From NCBI GenBank assembly GCA_001687465.1, contig LVLI01001242.1, positions 1 through 32,061 on the forward strand: a DNA stretch of 32,061 nucleotides. Direction: 5' to 3'. This DNA is from Halocafeteria seosinensis (Eukaryota). The notes beneath the pieces are model-generated. The model had not been told where the DNA came from, ran no database searches, and saw only the letters and a program-made list of their open reading frames with translations. Every line of letters starts with the position of its first letter. Within the stretch, counting starts at the first letter, position 1. A program made the position numbers and the translations under genes. Below are positions 31,426 through 32,061 of this stretch, in pieces.

Positions 31426-31845
31426 ATGAATTTTTCCCCTGAAGATAAAAAATTTGGAGATACTAAAGAAGATGAATATCAAGACGCAATTAGCAAATTT
31501 ATTGGTAAACCAATTATTAAGACAAAATATAAATTTTGTTACTATGATTACTTCACCGAAGATAACAAGACCCGCATTGAACTAAAAACTCGTAGAAACT
31601 CTTATAATGCGTATGATAAAACGGTTATAGGTTTAAGTAAAATAATTAATTGTAGTAAGAACCCTGAGAAAGAGCATCTCTTAGTTTTTGGGTTTACTGA
31701 TGGGTTGTTTTATATTTGGTATGACTCATCTAAGTTCAACGACTTTGAGATTGAGGAAAGAATAGTTAGAACTTACCTAAATAATGGTCAAGGACATTTA
31801 GTTAAAAATATAAAGATACCAGTTTCAGAATTAACTAGATTATAG
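31426..31845 (+). CDS. PD-(D/E)XK restriction-endonuclease-fold protein (139 aa)
   Basis: G..KE...(helix)...YYDYF.......IELKTRR has the E...D...ExK catalytic layout, followed by HLLVFGFTDGLFYI. It resembles small nucleases of phages and virophages/PLVs. Confidence 0.75.
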   Translation: MNFSPEDKKFGDTKEDEYQDAISKFIGKPIIKTKYKFCYYDYFTEDNKTRIELKTRRNSYNAYDKTVIGLSKIINCSKNPEKEHLLVFGFTDGLFYIWYDSSKFNDFEIEERIVRTYLNNGQGHLVKNIKIPVSELTRL

Positions 31846-31874
31846 AATTTTTCTTTTAAGTATATATAAGAAAA

Positions 31875-32061
31875 ATGAAATATAGTTATTGTTTCTTTAA
31901 AGAACGTTATTATAAAGCAAATAGTAATAATAATCATTACGAGTGTTATGTTAATGGTAATATTCACTGTATTTTAAGTTATTGTGAAGAATCTCAAAAG
32001 CTTAATCTTATGCGTTATAGCTTGGGTATTTTAGGGCACTCAGTTAATCCAACTACACAGT
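31875..32061 (+). CDS. Viral-element hypothetical protein, partial (MKYSYCFFKERYYKANSNNNHYECYVNG...)
   Basis: Not in the ORF track. ATG at 31875 follows the shared motif and the frame is open to the window end. Confidence 0.7.
   Translation, partial: MKYSYCFFKERYYKANSNNNHYECYVNGNIHCILSYCEESQKLNLMRYSLGILGHSVNPTTQ

Larger units (their letters stand above)
29977..32061 (+). mobile_element. Left end of an AT-rich endogenous DNA virus-like element (virophage / Polinton-like virus candidate), truncated by the window
   Basis: Sharp GC drop (hand counts: 33/60 GC at 27601-27660 versus 18/60 at 30421-30480 and 7/60 at 30301-30360). No introns, short intergenic gaps, terminal hairpins and tandem repeats, a shared upstream motif and a viral-type nuclease ORF. 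The boundary is approximate. Confidence 0.75.

Noticed and set aside
29977..32061. Organellar insertion (NUMT/NUPT) or bacterial contaminant as the source of the AT-rich segment
   Set aside because: No organellar genes, tRNAs or Shine-Dalgarno-like signals, and the A-rich ATG context with a shared motif fits eukaryotic DNA viruses better. Not fully excluded without read data.

Overview
Eukaryotic (protist-like) genomic DNA. Bases 1-~29,975 are compact host chromosome of roughly 50% GC (estimated by eye) with mostly short 60-90 nt GT-AG introns. Recognisable genes are RNA Pol I subunit RPA43, an AIG1/ADTRP-family membrane hydrolase, the mitochondrial ADP/ATP carrier, RBM42 and an HMIT/INT-type inositol transporter. 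The host part also holds an F-box protein with a degenerate Arf-like GTPase domain, two head-to-head GLUG-like surface receptors, several hypothetical genes and gene/TE debris: a CRE-type non-LTR endonuclease relic, an inverted RPA43 fragment and a SWIM zinc-finger relic. At ~29,977 composition switches abruptly to very AT-rich, intron-free, gene-dense DNA. This segment opens with hairpins and tandem repeats, followed by five same-strand small ORFs (one a PD-(D/E)XK nuclease), each preceded by a shared upstream motif. It most likely represents the left end of an endogenous virophage/Polinton-like virus, but no hallmark gene (capsid, packaging ATPase, pPolB, integrase) lies inside the window, so the class is inferred. 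All family assignments come from motif recognition by eye, not database searches.
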